Shown: one piece after another, positions 9,863 through 19,791 of the stretch
Numbering within the stretch: the stretch's first letter is position 1
Layout: every line of letters starts with the position of its first letter
From: Candidatus Latescibacterota bacterium
GTDB taxonomy: Bacteria; Latescibacterota; UBA2968; GCA-2709665
Direction of reading: 5' to 3'
Length of the DNA: 64,000 bases
Assembly (NCBI GenBank): GCA_965248435.1
Contig: OZ252100.1
Span: 512,001-576,000, forward strand
Program-made: the position numbers and the translations under genes
The notes under the pieces: model-generated
What the model was told of the DNA's origin: nothing
Seen by the model: only the letters and a program-made list of their open reading frames with translations
The model's database searches: none

Positions 9863-11800
9863 CTACACCGTACCTAGAGCTTCCAGACCTGTATCGGGCA
9901 ACCTCCCGCCCTGCTCCGCTTCACCCTTCCGCTGTTGTTCCGCCATCTGGCGATAAACGCCCTCTTTATTGATCAGATCAGAGTGCCTCCCCCAGCCTAC
10001 CATTGCGCCTCTGTCCAGTACGAGGATGCGGTCGGCACGCATCGCGGTAGAAATACGATGCGTGATGATGAACGTCGTACGCGTTCTCATAATTCGATCC
10101 AGGGTCACCTGGATGCGCGCCTCGGTTTCCGCATCCAGCGCCGAGGTGGTGTCGTCCAGAATCAGGATGGAAGGATTCGATAGAAGGGCCATCGCGAACG
10201 CGAGGCGCTGCTTCTGACCCCCGGACAAGTTCGTGCCCTGTTCCCCCACGCGGGCCTCGTACTTTTCGGGAAGACTCATGATGAAATCGTGGAGCTCGGC
10301 CGCCTTGGCCGCCCTCATGATCTCTTCCGGACTGGCATCGCCCCGACCATAGATGATGTTCTCTGCGATCGTCCCGGAAAAGAGGATCGGCTCCTGAGGG
10401 ACCATGGCGATGTGTTTTCTGAGTGACGACAACTTGATGTCCCGGATCTCATAGTCGTCAACCAGAATGGATCCCTCGGTGGGTTCGTAGAGCCGAAGCA
10501 AGAGACTCATAAGCGTGCTCTTTCCGGAACCAGAGGGCCCGACCACCGCGACAGAAGTTCCCGGCCTCGCCTCGAAGCTCAGGCCTCTCAAGACAGATTC
10601 CGCACCCTCTCGATACTGAAAAGTCACTTTTTGGAACACTACCCTGCCCTGTATCCGCTTCAGCTCTGCGGCATCATGTCGATCCTCGACCATGATTTTC
10701 TCGTCCAGAACCTCGAACACGCGCGATATCACCACGGTCATCTCCTGAAGCACTGCGCTTACTTCCGAGAGCGCGACAATGGGCTGGAAGAGGATCCCCA
10801 GGGAGATGTTGAAATAGATCAGATCCCCCACGGTCATCTCCCCTGTCCTCACGAGCATCGCACCCCAGTAAAACACCAGCGCCGTGGCCACAGCGCTGAT
10901 GGTCATGCAAGCCGCTCGAAGTCCCGAGTTCAGCATGAACCTTCGCACGGAGAGCCTGAACGCCTTTCCCACCTTCCTGAAAAACTCGCGAAGTTCCGAC
11001 CGCTCGCGAACAAAGGAAAGCACGACCTGGATGCCGCGAATCCGCTCCTCGAGAAGCCCGTAGGCGTCCGCATAGGCTTCCCTCCAGCGCAGGGCCGTGG
11101 AGGCAATGCCCTTTTGGAACAGCTTAAAGGTGAAGACGTAGAGAGGCAGCACAACGAGCGCGAGCAAGGCAAGCTTGAAGTTGATCACCAAAATCACAGC
11201 TGTGCCGATGATGACTCGACACAGATGGCGCACGGTCTGTACAAACGTCGTTGTCACTTCCGACTGAAGCAGACCGACGTCATCCAGGACCCTGGACATC
11301 AGCTTGCCCGTCTGCTGACGATCGAAGTAGGTCATCTGGAGCTTCTGAATCTTTTGATGCAGGTCCAAACGAACGCGGAAGACAACCCGTTGTCCTATGT
11401 ATGATATGTTGTACAAATACAGCCAGTTCGTCAGTGAAAAGGTCATCCGGATACCCAGATAGGCGAAGAAAATGATCCACAGCCAGCGAATCTTTTCGCC
11501 CCTGCTCTTCGGGGGACCCAGGTCACTTTTCGGCGGAAGCACGGTCTTGGGGTCACGTCGGTTGCGAACCCCCTGTCGACTATCGATGGCATTCCCGGCC
11601 GAATCCCGGCCCCCGGTTTCCATCCCTCCGATTGCCACACCGCTCGGCCTGATCTGGATCACGTGATCAACGGTCATCTTTGTGATGAAGCCCAGCATAA
11701 AGAAGTAGGATGACAAGATTCCCGCCAGGAAAACCGCTAGAATGACCCTGGACATCAGCGGCTGAACGTATCTTCGAGCAAATCTGTGGACGGTATTCAT
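9863..11800 (-). CDS. ABC exporter TMD-NBD subunit (degenerate Walker B)
   Basis: TM helices, GPSGSGKS, LSGGQ, ILILDD. Confidence 0.93.
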   Translation of the reverse strand: MNTVHRFARRYVQPLMSRVILAVFLAGILSSYFFMLGFITKMTVDHVIQIRPSGVAIGGMETGGRDSAGNAIDSRQGVRNRRDPKTVLPPKSDLGPPKSRGEKIRWLWIIFFAYLGIRMTFSLTNWLYLYNISYIGQRVVFRVRLDLHQKIQKLQMTYFDRQQTGKLMSRVLDDVGLLQSEVTTTFVQTVRHLCRVIIGTAVILVINFKLALLALVVLPLYVFTFKLFQKGIASTALRWREAYADAYGLLEERIRGIQVVLSFVRERSELREFFRKVGKAFRLSVRRFMLNSGLRAACMTISAVATALVFYWGAMLVRTGEMTVGDLIYFNISLGILFQPIVALSEVSAVLQEMTVVISRVFEVLDEKIMVEDRHDAAELKRIQGRVVFQKVTFQYREGAESVLRGLSFEARPGTSVAVVGPSGSGKSTLMSLLLRLYEPTEGSILVDDYEIRDIKLSSLRKHIAMVPQEPILFSGTIAENIIYGRGDASPEEIMRAAKAAELHDFIMSLPEKYEARVGEQGTNLSGGQKQRLAFAMALLSNPSILILDDTTSALDAETEARIQVTLDRIMRTRTTFIITHRISTAMRADRILVLDRGAMVGWGRHSDLINKEGVYRQMAEQQRKGEAEQGGRLPDTGLEALGTV

Positions 11801-13599
11801 CAGCCCTTCTCGCCTCGTTGGGGTCCTTCGGCAATGCCAGCAGCCCCGGCTTTCGCGGGCTCACCAAACTGCTGCTCGTAAAGCCTTCGGTAGAGGCCAT
11901 CCTGCCTCTGCAACAGCTCGACGTGACTTCCTGATTCGACAATCTCTCCCTGATCCATCGCAACGATCAGGTCTGCGTTGACGATCGTCGAAAGGCGATG
12001 GGCAATCACAATGGAGGTTCGCCCCGCAAGGACAGTCGACAGCGCCTTTTGAATGAGCGCCTCTGAGAGCGAGTCCAGCGATGAGGTGGCCTCATCGAGT
12101 ATCAGAACAGCAGGCTTCGTAAGCACGGCACGTGCGATCGCGAACCGCTGCTTCTCCCCTACGGACAGCTTGATTCCGTCTTCCCCCAGCATCGTATCGT
12201 ATCCATCGGCCGTCCTCAAGATGAACTCGTGGATCTCTGCCATGCGGGACGCTTCGATGATCTCATCTTCTGTGGCGTTTGGGCGACCGTAGGTCAAATT
12301 GTCCCGTATGGACACGTTGAACATCACAGAATCCTGAGGTACTTGCCCGATCTGACCTCGGAGGACCTTGAACTGAAGGTCCCGAATGTCTTGACCATCG
12401 ACGGAAACGGAGCCCCCAGTCACGTCAGAGAACCGCATCAGCAAACGCGTAAGGGTTGTCTTCCCACATCCCGTATGCCCAACGAGCGCCACTGTGTTTC
12501 CTGGCTGAATCTCCAAACAGATATCCTTCAGCACCGGTTCGCCAGGGTTGTATTCGAACCAGACGTGATCAAACTTGATGTGACCACGGAGTCGAGGGAT
12601 GGCCTTCGCGCCCTTTCGCTGCTCGATCTCGACCGGCCAATCCAGAATCTCGAAGATGCGGTCGGCCGATACAAACATGCGTTCGAACTCCGATGCCAGA
12701 GTCGTCAGGCTCAGGACGGTTTCGAAGGCCATGGCGGAGTATCTCTGAAACGCCATCAGCGCACCGTAACTCATTTCGCCTTCGATCACGAAGTAGCAAC
12801 CCATACAGAAGACGAGGGAATTGCGCAGACCGCTCACCGCCCAGACCCCTGCTTCGATGTTGGCCCTCTGGACGGCACCCCGCATCGCGTAGCCCAGACC
12901 TTCGCGAGTCTCCTGGGCGAAGATCCTGTTTTCACGGCGCTCCCGCCCATATGCCTTGACCAGTTGGGCGCCGCTGAGCCGCTCCTGGAGACCGACGGAC
13001 ACCTCATCCATCTGCCGGCGCCAACGCCTCCAGGCTGCTCGCAACCCTCCGCGGAAGAAATTGAAGTTGAAAACGTAGAGAGGTAACAACAAAAGAAGCA
13101 CGAGCGACAACTTCCAGTTGAGCCCGAAACAGAGAACGAGTGCAACCCAAAACGAAATGAGTTCGGCACCGAGCCTTAGAATACGTTGAGACATCATCAT
13201 CCTGACCGTCGCGACATCGTCCATGATACGGGACATAATCTTGCCCGTTCCCATCTCTTCCCGGAACCTGATAGACAACTTGAGAATGTGCTCGTACATC
13301 TTCACGCGGAGATCCAGAATGAGCCTTTGGGATACATATCCGATCTGATAGCTGCTTCCCATCAAGAGGCCCCCGGCCAGCACGGGGAGCACAAGGGCGA
13401 TACAAAGCAGAATCTCCAGCATTCCCCACTGCCCCCCCACGATCACCCTGTCCACGATGAACATGATCACGAGCGGAGGTGCGAGCTGTACCAAGGAATA
13501 GGCCACCACAAGCACCATGGCCAGGACGCACCTCCGGCTGTAGGGCCGCAAAAAGGAAAGCAGCCTCCGGAATCGCCCGGTGCTTTCTTGAAGTTCCAT
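11800..13599 (-). CDS. ABC exporter TMD-NBD subunit (degenerate signature)
   Basis: TM helices, GHTGCGKT, LSVGE, LILDE; stop overlaps start of partner gene. Confidence 0.93.
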   Translation of the reverse strand: MELQESTGRFRRLLSFLRPYSRRCVLAMVLVVAYSLVQLAPPLVIMFIVDRVIVGGQWGMLEILLCIALVLPVLAGGLLMGSSYQIGYVSQRLILDLRVKMYEHILKLSIRFREEMGTGKIMSRIMDDVATVRMMMSQRILRLGAELISFWVALVLCFGLNWKLSLVLLLLLPLYVFNFNFFRGGLRAAWRRWRRQMDEVSVGLQERLSGAQLVKAYGRERRENRIFAQETREGLGYAMRGAVQRANIEAGVWAVSGLRNSLVFCMGCYFVIEGEMSYGALMAFQRYSAMAFETVLSLTTLASEFERMFVSADRIFEILDWPVEIEQRKGAKAIPRLRGHIKFDHVWFEYNPGEPVLKDICLEIQPGNTVALVGHTGCGKTTLTRLLMRFSDVTGGSVSVDGQDIRDLQFKVLRGQIGQVPQDSVMFNVSIRDNLTYGRPNATEDEIIEASRMAEIHEFILRTADGYDTMLGEDGIKLSVGEKQRFAIARAVLTKPAVLILDEATSSLDSLSEALIQKALSTVLAGRTSIVIAHRLSTIVNADLIVAMDQGEIVESGSHVELLQRQDGLYRRLYEQQFGEPAKAGAAGIAEGPQRGEKG

Positions 13600-13737
13600 G
13601 CGCGTGAGATCCAGTTCGACGAATATTCACAACTCAAGACTTTACAAGCACTAATATACAAACTTGCGGATTATAAGTCAAAGTTGGCCCTGGCATTGGC
13701 GCCTTTGAGCCAGGGCCGGGGGTCCAACCAACCACTC

Positions 13738-13766
13738 TTGACTCCTGACGCTCGACGCTCTACATT
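13738..13766 (+). promoter_or_regulatory. sigma70-type promoter for rnhB-yraN
   Basis: TTGACT-17 nt-TACATT. Confidence 0.55.
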
Positions 13767-13818
13767 TGAAATCAAAGCAGAAAACCTTCCAAGCATCGGC
13801 CACCTGGATGTCCCGCCC

Positions 13819-15135
13819 TTGACCTCTCCGGCTGAACTCTCAAGACTCTCCATCGCGCAGATTCGGTCTTTGATACACTCAGAGTCCGAGGCTGAAGACG
13901 CCCTCCTCAAGGCCCTCGAGAACGACAAAAGGAAAGGGGTCAAACACCTCGCCGCCCGCGAACGTAAACGGCGAAAGGCCGAGGTGTCGGAAAGAGCGCG
14001 ACTGGAGAACATGCTTCGCTTCGAACGTAGACTCAGAACCCTGGGCGTCTGTCATATCGCAGGGATCGATGAAGTCGGGCGGGGGCCTCTTGCAGGCCCT
14101 GTCGTTGCTGCCTCTGTTATCCTGGGTCCGGACACGGTGTTCCCTGGCCTGAACGACTCCAAGTGCCTGACTGCTGAACGGAGAGAAATCCTATCTAAGC
14201 AGATTAAAGAAGCCGCCGTTGATGTGACGGTCGGATCCGCCTCGCCTGAAGAGATCGACCGTCTGAACATCCTTCAGGCAAGCCTCCTCGCGATGCGTCG
14301 CGCCCTGGCGAACCATTCCGTGCGACCGGATCGCGTGATCGTGGATGGAAACCAGCTGCCCGGAGGGCCCTTTCCCGAGATCGCATTGGTGGATGGCGAT
14401 GCCTCCTCCTGCTCGGTCGCGGCCGCCTCCATCATCGCGAAAACGACCCGAGACAGACGAATGAGGGCGTATCACGAAGAATTTCCTGAATACGGATTCG
14501 ATGGCCACAAAGGCTACGCCAGTTCAGACCACATCGAAGCGCTTCGCAGTTTCGGGCCTTGCCCGATCCATCGGCGATCCTTTCGCACGGTTGCGAACCT
14601 CGTGCAGGGCCGATCTGATGACTTCGCCGTGTACGAGACGGGAATTGAAGAGGCGGGAGACCTCAAGGCACTAGAGGCCATCGGGAGGAGCATCGCGGAG
14701 GCTCGCGACTGCCTTCCGTCGGAGGAGCTCAAAGAACTCAGGTCGCTCTTCTCCCGCAAACGTGACAGGTTGAACAGGACCGGCCCAAAGGGAGAACGGA
14801 TCGCTGCGGATGACCTCGTCCGAAGGGGGTATCAGATCTCCGAGCGCGGCTACAGGGCGGCGGGAGGCGAAATCGATATCATCGCCAGGCGCCGGGGTAT
14901 CCTGGCCTTCATCGAGGTCAAGACAGCGAATTCGACCCTTTTCGGCCCACCCGAGAGGTGGGTCACGCCCGAGAAACAACGACAAATCTTAAAAGTGTGC
15001 AGCGCATACCTCCTGCAACACCCCTCGCCCGATTTGACCCCACGGCTCGATGTCCTGGTCGTCCGGCTCTCCAAAAGCGGGAATGATGTCCGGCATCTCG
15101 AGGGCGCCTTTCGAATCGAACCCCTCGACGCTTGA
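13819..15135 (+). CDS. rnhB: Ribonuclease HII fused to a YraN/UPF0102 endonuclease-like domain (start uncertain, TTG chosen)
   Basis: AGIDEVGRGPLAGPV, LNDSK, AAASIIAK, HRRSF, then GERIAA..GEIDIIA..FIEVKT in the same frame. Confidence 0.9.
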   Translation: MTSPAELSRLSIAQIRSLIHSESEAEDALLKALENDKRKGVKHLAARERKRRKAEVSERARLENMLRFERRLRTLGVCHIAGIDEVGRGPLAGPVVAASVILGPDTVFPGLNDSKCLTAERREILSKQIKEAAVDVTVGSASPEEIDRLNILQASLLAMRRALANHSVRPDRVIVDGNQLPGGPFPEIALVDGDASSCSVAAASIIAKTTRDRRMRAYHEEFPEYGFDGHKGYASSDHIEALRSFGPCPIHRRSFRTVANLVQGRSDDFAVYETGIEEAGDLKALEAIGRSIAEARDCLPSEELKELRSLFSRKRDRLNRTGPKGERIAADDLVRRGYQISERGYRAAGGEIDIIARRRGILAFIEVKTANSTLFGPPERWVTPEKQRQILKVCSAYLLQHPSPDLTPRLDVLVVRLSKSGNDVRHLEGAFRIEPLDA

Positions 15136-15160
15136 CATTTCTTTCGCTTCTGCTTATGTT
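15132..15160 (+). promoter_or_regulatory. sigma70-type promoter for hisS-aspS
   Basis: TTGACA-17 nt-TATGTT. Confidence 0.65.
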
Positions 15161-15218
15161 TCCATATCTAATTGTCATTTATTGAGTTATGAGCATATCG
15201 CGGCGAGGTTAGATCTCC

Positions 15219-16538
15219 ATGCCTCTGCACTTTCGCGCGCCACGAGGCACGCGCGACCTGCTTCCGGGTGACCGGCCCTACTGGGATCGGGTCGAACAGG
15301 TCGCCGAGTCTTTGGCTCAACGATACGACTTCCGCAGGATCGATACGCCCACTTTTGAGGACATAGGTCTCTTCCTCCGCAGTGTCGGTGAAGAGACGGA
15401 CATCGCCGAGAAAGAGATCTACGCGGTCAGGCGGCACGCCCCGGACCTTGACTCGGATGAAGAAGCCGCCTTGTCTTTGAGGCCCGAAGGGACGGCGCCC
15501 GTCATCCGGGCCTACCTGGAACACGGGATGCACACGCTTCCCCAGCCGGTCAAGCTCTACTACATCACGTCCATTTTCCGACACGATCGGCCCCAGGCAG
15601 GTCGTTATAGAGAACATCGCCAGTTCGGCGTGGAAGCCATCGGTGAGGTCGACCCTGCACTGGACGCGGAGGTGATTACACTCGCTTGGGAGTTTTACGC
15701 GGCCCTGGGAATTTCGAACGTGAACTTACAGCTGAACAGCGTCGGGTGCAGCGTCTGCCGTCCCGTCTACCTGAAAGAACTCAACAAATACTTGTCCGAC
15801 TTTGAAAAAGACCTCTGCGGGATCTGCAGAAACCGGTTCCTGACGAACCCCCTTCGCATTCTCGACTGTAAAGAGGAAGGATGTCAGGAGATCTTAGGCG
15901 GAGCTCCGATGATCACTGAATTCCTGTGCGAGGAATGCCAGTCCCATTTCGGCGCCGTCAAAGACCATATCCGGGACCTGGAGATCTCCTTCACGCTGAA
16001 CCCGCGACTCGTGCGCGGGTTGGATTATTACACAAAAACCGTCTTCGAATACTGGATGGAGGGCATCGGCGCACAAAATGCGATCGGAGCCGGCGGGCGA
16101 TACGACGGCCTGGCCGAAACCCTGGGGGGCCCGAGGTCACCGGGGATCGGATTCGGGATCGGCCTGGATCGGGTCATCCTGTCAATGCAAGAGCAGGGCA
16201 CTCCGATCTCAGACGAGATTCGTCCTGAGGTCTTCCTCGTCTCTTTAGGAGAACGTGCTCGTAAAAAGGCCCCCGCGCTCCTGCGACGCCTGCGAAAAGA
16301 AGGATATCGAGTGGCCGCCTCTTATGGTACCCGCAGCATGCGGTCACAGATGCGTCAGGCGAATGGCTCCGGCGCAGCCTACGGCCTGATTCTGGGGGAT
16401 GCCGAACTGGAAAAGGGTCAGATCGCCTGCAGAGAGATGGCTTCGGGTGACCAGACTGAATTCTCCCTGGATGAGCTCGTAACCCGGCTGACGAACCTGG
16501 CCGGTAGACCTGCAGCATCTCAGTCTACAAAAGTGTAG
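15219..16538 (+). CDS. hisS: Histidine-tRNA ligase
   Basis: PRGTRD, LRPEGTA, QAGRYREH, LVRGLDYY, GGRYDGL. Confidence 0.97.
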   Translation: MPLHFRAPRGTRDLLPGDRPYWDRVEQVAESLAQRYDFRRIDTPTFEDIGLFLRSVGEETDIAEKEIYAVRRHAPDLDSDEEAALSLRPEGTAPVIRAYLEHGMHTLPQPVKLYYITSIFRHDRPQAGRYREHRQFGVEAIGEVDPALDAEVITLAWEFYAALGISNVNLQLNSVGCSVCRPVYLKELNKYLSDFEKDLCGICRNRFLTNPLRILDCKEEGCQEILGGAPMITEFLCEECQSHFGAVKDHIRDLEISFTLNPRLVRGLDYYTKTVFEYWMEGIGAQNAIGAGGRYDGLAETLGGPRSPGIGFGIGLDRVILSMQEQGTPISDEIRPEVFLVSLGERARKKAPALLRRLRKEGYRVAASYGTRSMRSQMRQANGSGAAYGLILGDAELEKGQIACREMASGDQTEFSLDELVTRLTNLAGRPAASQSTKV

Positions 16539-16549
16539 GAGAAGGGGCT

Positions 16550-18328
16550 ATGGCAGAGGCCTTAGGCGACTGGAAGCGCACTCACACCTGCGGTGACTTG
16601 CGGGAGGGTGACATAGACGCCTCAGTGACGTTGATGGGATGGGTGAACAGCCGCAGAGACCACGGGGGTGTGATCTTCATCGACCTGCGTGATCGCTCCG
16701 GCATCACCCAGGTTGTCTTCAGGCCGGACGTCAACCCAGAAGTCCACGCAGTGGCGGAGGGCATCCGAAGCGAGTATGTATTGGCCGTGAAAGGAACGGT
16801 CGAAGCAAGGCCGGCAGGCATGGCCAACCCGCAGCTGGAAACAGGTGCGATCGATGTGGAATGTTCGGAGCTGAAAATCCTCAACGAATCAGAAACACCT
16901 CCCTTCCCCATAGAGGGAGGTCTGGATCTTAATGAGGAGTTGCGACTGCGCTATCGCTATCTGGACCTCCGGAGGCCCGATATGCAGGAGGCCATCGCGC
17001 TGCGCCATCGCACCTCACAGGAAGTGCGTCGCTTCCTGACTTCAGAGAAGTTTATGGAAATTGAAACGCCCTTCCTGATATCAAGCACACCTGAAGGGGC
17101 CAGGGACTACCTCGTTCCGAGCCGCGTCCATCGAGGGCAGTTCTATGCGCTCCCTCAGTCGCCTCAAACCTATAAGCAACTCCTGATGGTCGCGGGCTTT
17201 GACCGCTATTTCCAGATCGTTCGATGTTTCCGGGATGAGGACCTTCGAGGAGACCGCCAGCCCGAATTTACCCAGATCGATATAGAAATGGCCTTCGTCG
17301 ACGAGAGAGACGTGATGGATTTGTCGGAACGCCTTGTCCTTGCCCTTTTCAATGAGGTCCTGGGCGTCGACATCCCCCTACCCGTCACCCAGATTACTTA
17401 TCAGGAATCGATGGACCGATACGGGAGCGATCGGCCGGATACCCGGTTTGGACTCGAGATTGTGGATCTGAGAGAAGCCGCTGCTGCATCCGAGTTTCAG
17501 GTCTTCAAGAATGTGCTCGACTCCGGCGGGCAGGTCCGTGGAATCAACGCCAAAGGCTGCGCATCGTTTTCCAGAAAGCAGATCGATGATCTGGCCGCCT
17601 ATACCGGGCACTTCGGGGCCAAGGGGTTGGCCTGGATCAAGGTAACCGAAAACGGCCTTGAATCGTCTATCGTGAAATTCTTTCCGACGGAAGCGCAGGA
17701 GCAACTCCGTGAGGCATTGAAGACCGAATGCGGAGACCTCCTTCTCTTCGTGGCAGACGAGCCGGCCGTCGTTGCGCAGTCGCTCGGCAACCTTCGCCTG
17801 GAACTTTCCAGACAATTGAAACTGGTCGAGGATCGCGAATTCGCGCTCTTGTGGGTGACCCGGTTCCCCCTGCTGGAATGGGAGCCCAAGGAGAAACGGT
17901 TCGACGCCTGCCACCATCCCTTTACAGCTCCCCTGGACGAGGACCTCCACTTTATGAAATCGGACCCTGCGGCAGTGCGTTCCCGGGCCTACGACCTGGT
18001 GCTCAACGGAAATGAGATTGCCGGTGGCAGCATTCGTATCCACCGCAGAGATGTGCAGGAACAGGTCTTTGGACTGCTCGGCATCTCCCCAGAAGAGGCC
18101 GAGAAACGGTTCGGTTTTCTGCTCAAGGCCCTCCGTTTCGGTGCGCCCCCTCACGGCGGCATTGCCTTCGGCTACGATCGCCTCGTCGCCCTGATGGCTG
18201 GCAAGGAATTCATCCGGGATGTTATTCCTTTCCCCAAATCAAACACGGCAGCGTCGCTTTTGGACGGCGCACCGTCGGAGGTCGACCCCGTTCAACTCCG
18301 GGAACTGGGCCTGAGGCGGCTTCAATGA
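16550..18328 (+). CDS. aspS: Aspartate-tRNA ligase (probably non-discriminating)
   Basis: RTHTCG, RRDHGG, TPEGARDY, LPQSPQ, FRDEDLR, GAPPHGG. Confidence 0.97.
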   Translation: MAEALGDWKRTHTCGDLREGDIDASVTLMGWVNSRRDHGGVIFIDLRDRSGITQVVFRPDVNPEVHAVAEGIRSEYVLAVKGTVEARPAGMANPQLETGAIDVECSELKILNESETPPFPIEGGLDLNEELRLRYRYLDLRRPDMQEAIALRHRTSQEVRRFLTSEKFMEIETPFLISSTPEGARDYLVPSRVHRGQFYALPQSPQTYKQLLMVAGFDRYFQIVRCFRDEDLRGDRQPEFTQIDIEMAFVDERDVMDLSERLVLALFNEVLGVDIPLPVTQITYQESMDRYGSDRPDTRFGLEIVDLREAAAASEFQVFKNVLDSGGQVRGINAKGCASFSRKQIDDLAAYTGHFGAKGLAWIKVTENGLESSIVKFFPTEAQEQLREALKTECGDLLLFVADEPAVVAQSLGNLRLELSRQLKLVEDREFALLWVTRFPLLEWEPKEKRFDACHHPFTAPLDEDLHFMKSDPAAVRSRAYDLVLNGNEIAGGSIRIHRRDVQEQVFGLLGISPEEAEKRFGFLLKALRFGAPPHGGIAFGYDRLVALMAGKEFIRDVIPFPKSNTAASLLDGAPSEVDPVQLRELGLRRLQ

Positions 18329-18400
18329 AAACTGACGCAAATAGCCTATTCTAAAAGGCTTTTTGACCAATGGCAGGAGGGCCTAATGCCGATTTTTTCC

Positions 18401-18429
18401 TTGACTTTAGGCATATCTTGTAGTACTCT
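18401..18429 (+). promoter_or_regulatory. sigma70-type promoter
   Basis: TTGACT-17 nt-TACTCT upstream of the lipoprotein/LysM pair. Confidence 0.55.
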
Positions 18430-18532
18430 TTCATCTGAATAGATCCTCAGGGTGGGTTTAGGTAGTGGCACGAATCTACCGAACAGGATCGTTATTTTTC
18501 TAGGGGTTACGAACAGGATCAAGGAGAATTTT

Positions 18533-18808
18533 ATGAGATTGCGTGGTTTGCTGGGCCGGACGGTCGGAAGTGGCCTTATCCTGGCCTTTGTCCTGCTCCC
18601 CATCATGACCGGCTGTACCGCGATGGCCTCCAAGGAGCAGTTCGGTCTGTTGGAGACTGCTCGAACGGCCGCGGACAAGGCCGAAGCGGAGTTGGGTTCC
18701 TGCCAGCAGAGGCAGGCCAATTTGGAACGGGAGTTGGCGAACAAGAAACAGGAACTGGTAGACCTGAGACACGCGCGCGAAACGGTGCAGGGAGCTCTGA
18801 GCGAGTAA
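18533..18808 (+). CDS. Small coiled-coil lipoprotein
   Basis: aaggag RBS, signal peptide with IMTGC lipobox, heptad-rich mature part. Confidence 0.8.
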   Translation: MRLRGLLGRTVGSGLILAFVLLPIMTGCTAMASKEQFGLLETARTAADKAEAELGSCQQRQANLERELANKKQELVDLRHARETVQGALSE

Positions 18809-18832
18809 CGTCTTTAAGAAAGGAGTTTCTGG

Positions 18833-19678
18833 ATGAAGTTCTCCAAGCTTTCCTGGATTTTCGTTGTCTGCGCCGGAGCTGTCTTGTTCGGGATGATCGC
18901 CGTGGGCAAAGCACAGGCCCAGGAGATGACGTATAAAGAATATGAGATGAAGCTTGCTGGTTACGAGAAACGAACTGCAGACGCGAAGAAGGCGATCGCA
19001 GAATGCAGTCAGACCAACGATCAATTGAGCCAGGAGATTTCAGGCCTAAATGCTCAGATCGCCTCCGCCAGGGGGGAGCTCTACACATTGGTCGGGTCCG
19101 ATGAGCAGGGTGTTACTGAATACTTCGATGAGTCAGAGCAGATCGAGGCCCAGCTTATGGGTCTGATGAGCCTTTCTGAAAATGATCTCTTCGCCAGGCG
19201 GAGAGAGGTACAGGATATCGAAGAGGTCCTGGAAGGGTTGAAAGCCCAAAAAATAGCACTCCTTCCAGATGCTCAGGACAAGATTAAAAACATCGAGCAG
19301 CTGATCGAAAAGGTCAGGGCGATTCTTCCGGCCAAGCGTCTCGTCAAGTACACGGTACTTCGAGGGGACAGCCTCTGGGGAATCGCAAAGAAGCGTGACA
19401 TTTACGACAATCCCTATATGTGGCCCAGAATCTACGTGGAGAATCGTTCCATGATCAAGGATCCAGACCTCATCTATCCAAACTGGATCCTCAACGTTCC
19501 GTTCGGTGTCGATCTTAATCAGCATCTGGTTATTCAGGGGCAGCATTTATCAAGCATCGCCACAATGGTTTACCGTGATGCGAGCAAGTGGCACAAGATC
19601 TATCAGGCCAACAAATCGCAGATCTTGGATCCCAATTTGATCTTCCCGGCGCAGGTGTTAGGTACGCCTGTAAACTGA
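18833..19678 (+). CDS. Exported coiled-coil protein with two C-terminal LysM domains
   Basis: Signal peptide AQA; YTVLRGDSLWGIA..W..IY..N..I.DPDLIYP pattern twice. Confidence 0.9.
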   Translation: MKFSKLSWIFVVCAGAVLFGMIAVGKAQAQEMTYKEYEMKLAGYEKRTADAKKAIAECSQTNDQLSQEISGLNAQIASARGELYTLVGSDEQGVTEYFDESEQIEAQLMGLMSLSENDLFARRREVQDIEEVLEGLKAQKIALLPDAQDKIKNIEQLIEKVRAILPAKRLVKYTVLRGDSLWGIAKKRDIYDNPYMWPRIYVENRSMIKDPDLIYPNWILNVPFGVDLNQHLVIQGQHLSSIATMVYRDASKWHKIYQANKSQILDPNLIFPAQVLGTPVN

Positions 19679-19791
19679 TTCTCTATTCGACAGTCGGGTT
19701 CTGGCCTTTCCATATATGCAGATCTCTAATCTGGACTAAGACTTTCAAGCTCTCGTTCTCGAAGTTTGGCTGAGAACGAGAGCTTTTTCTT

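Noticed and set aside
13186-13818. N-terminal 211 aa of the 649-aa ORF
   Set aside because: Overlaps the opposite-strand ABC gene and lies upstream of the predicted promoter
18466-18481. TGGCACG as a sigma54 -24 box
   Set aside because: The -12 position reads TACC, not TTGC
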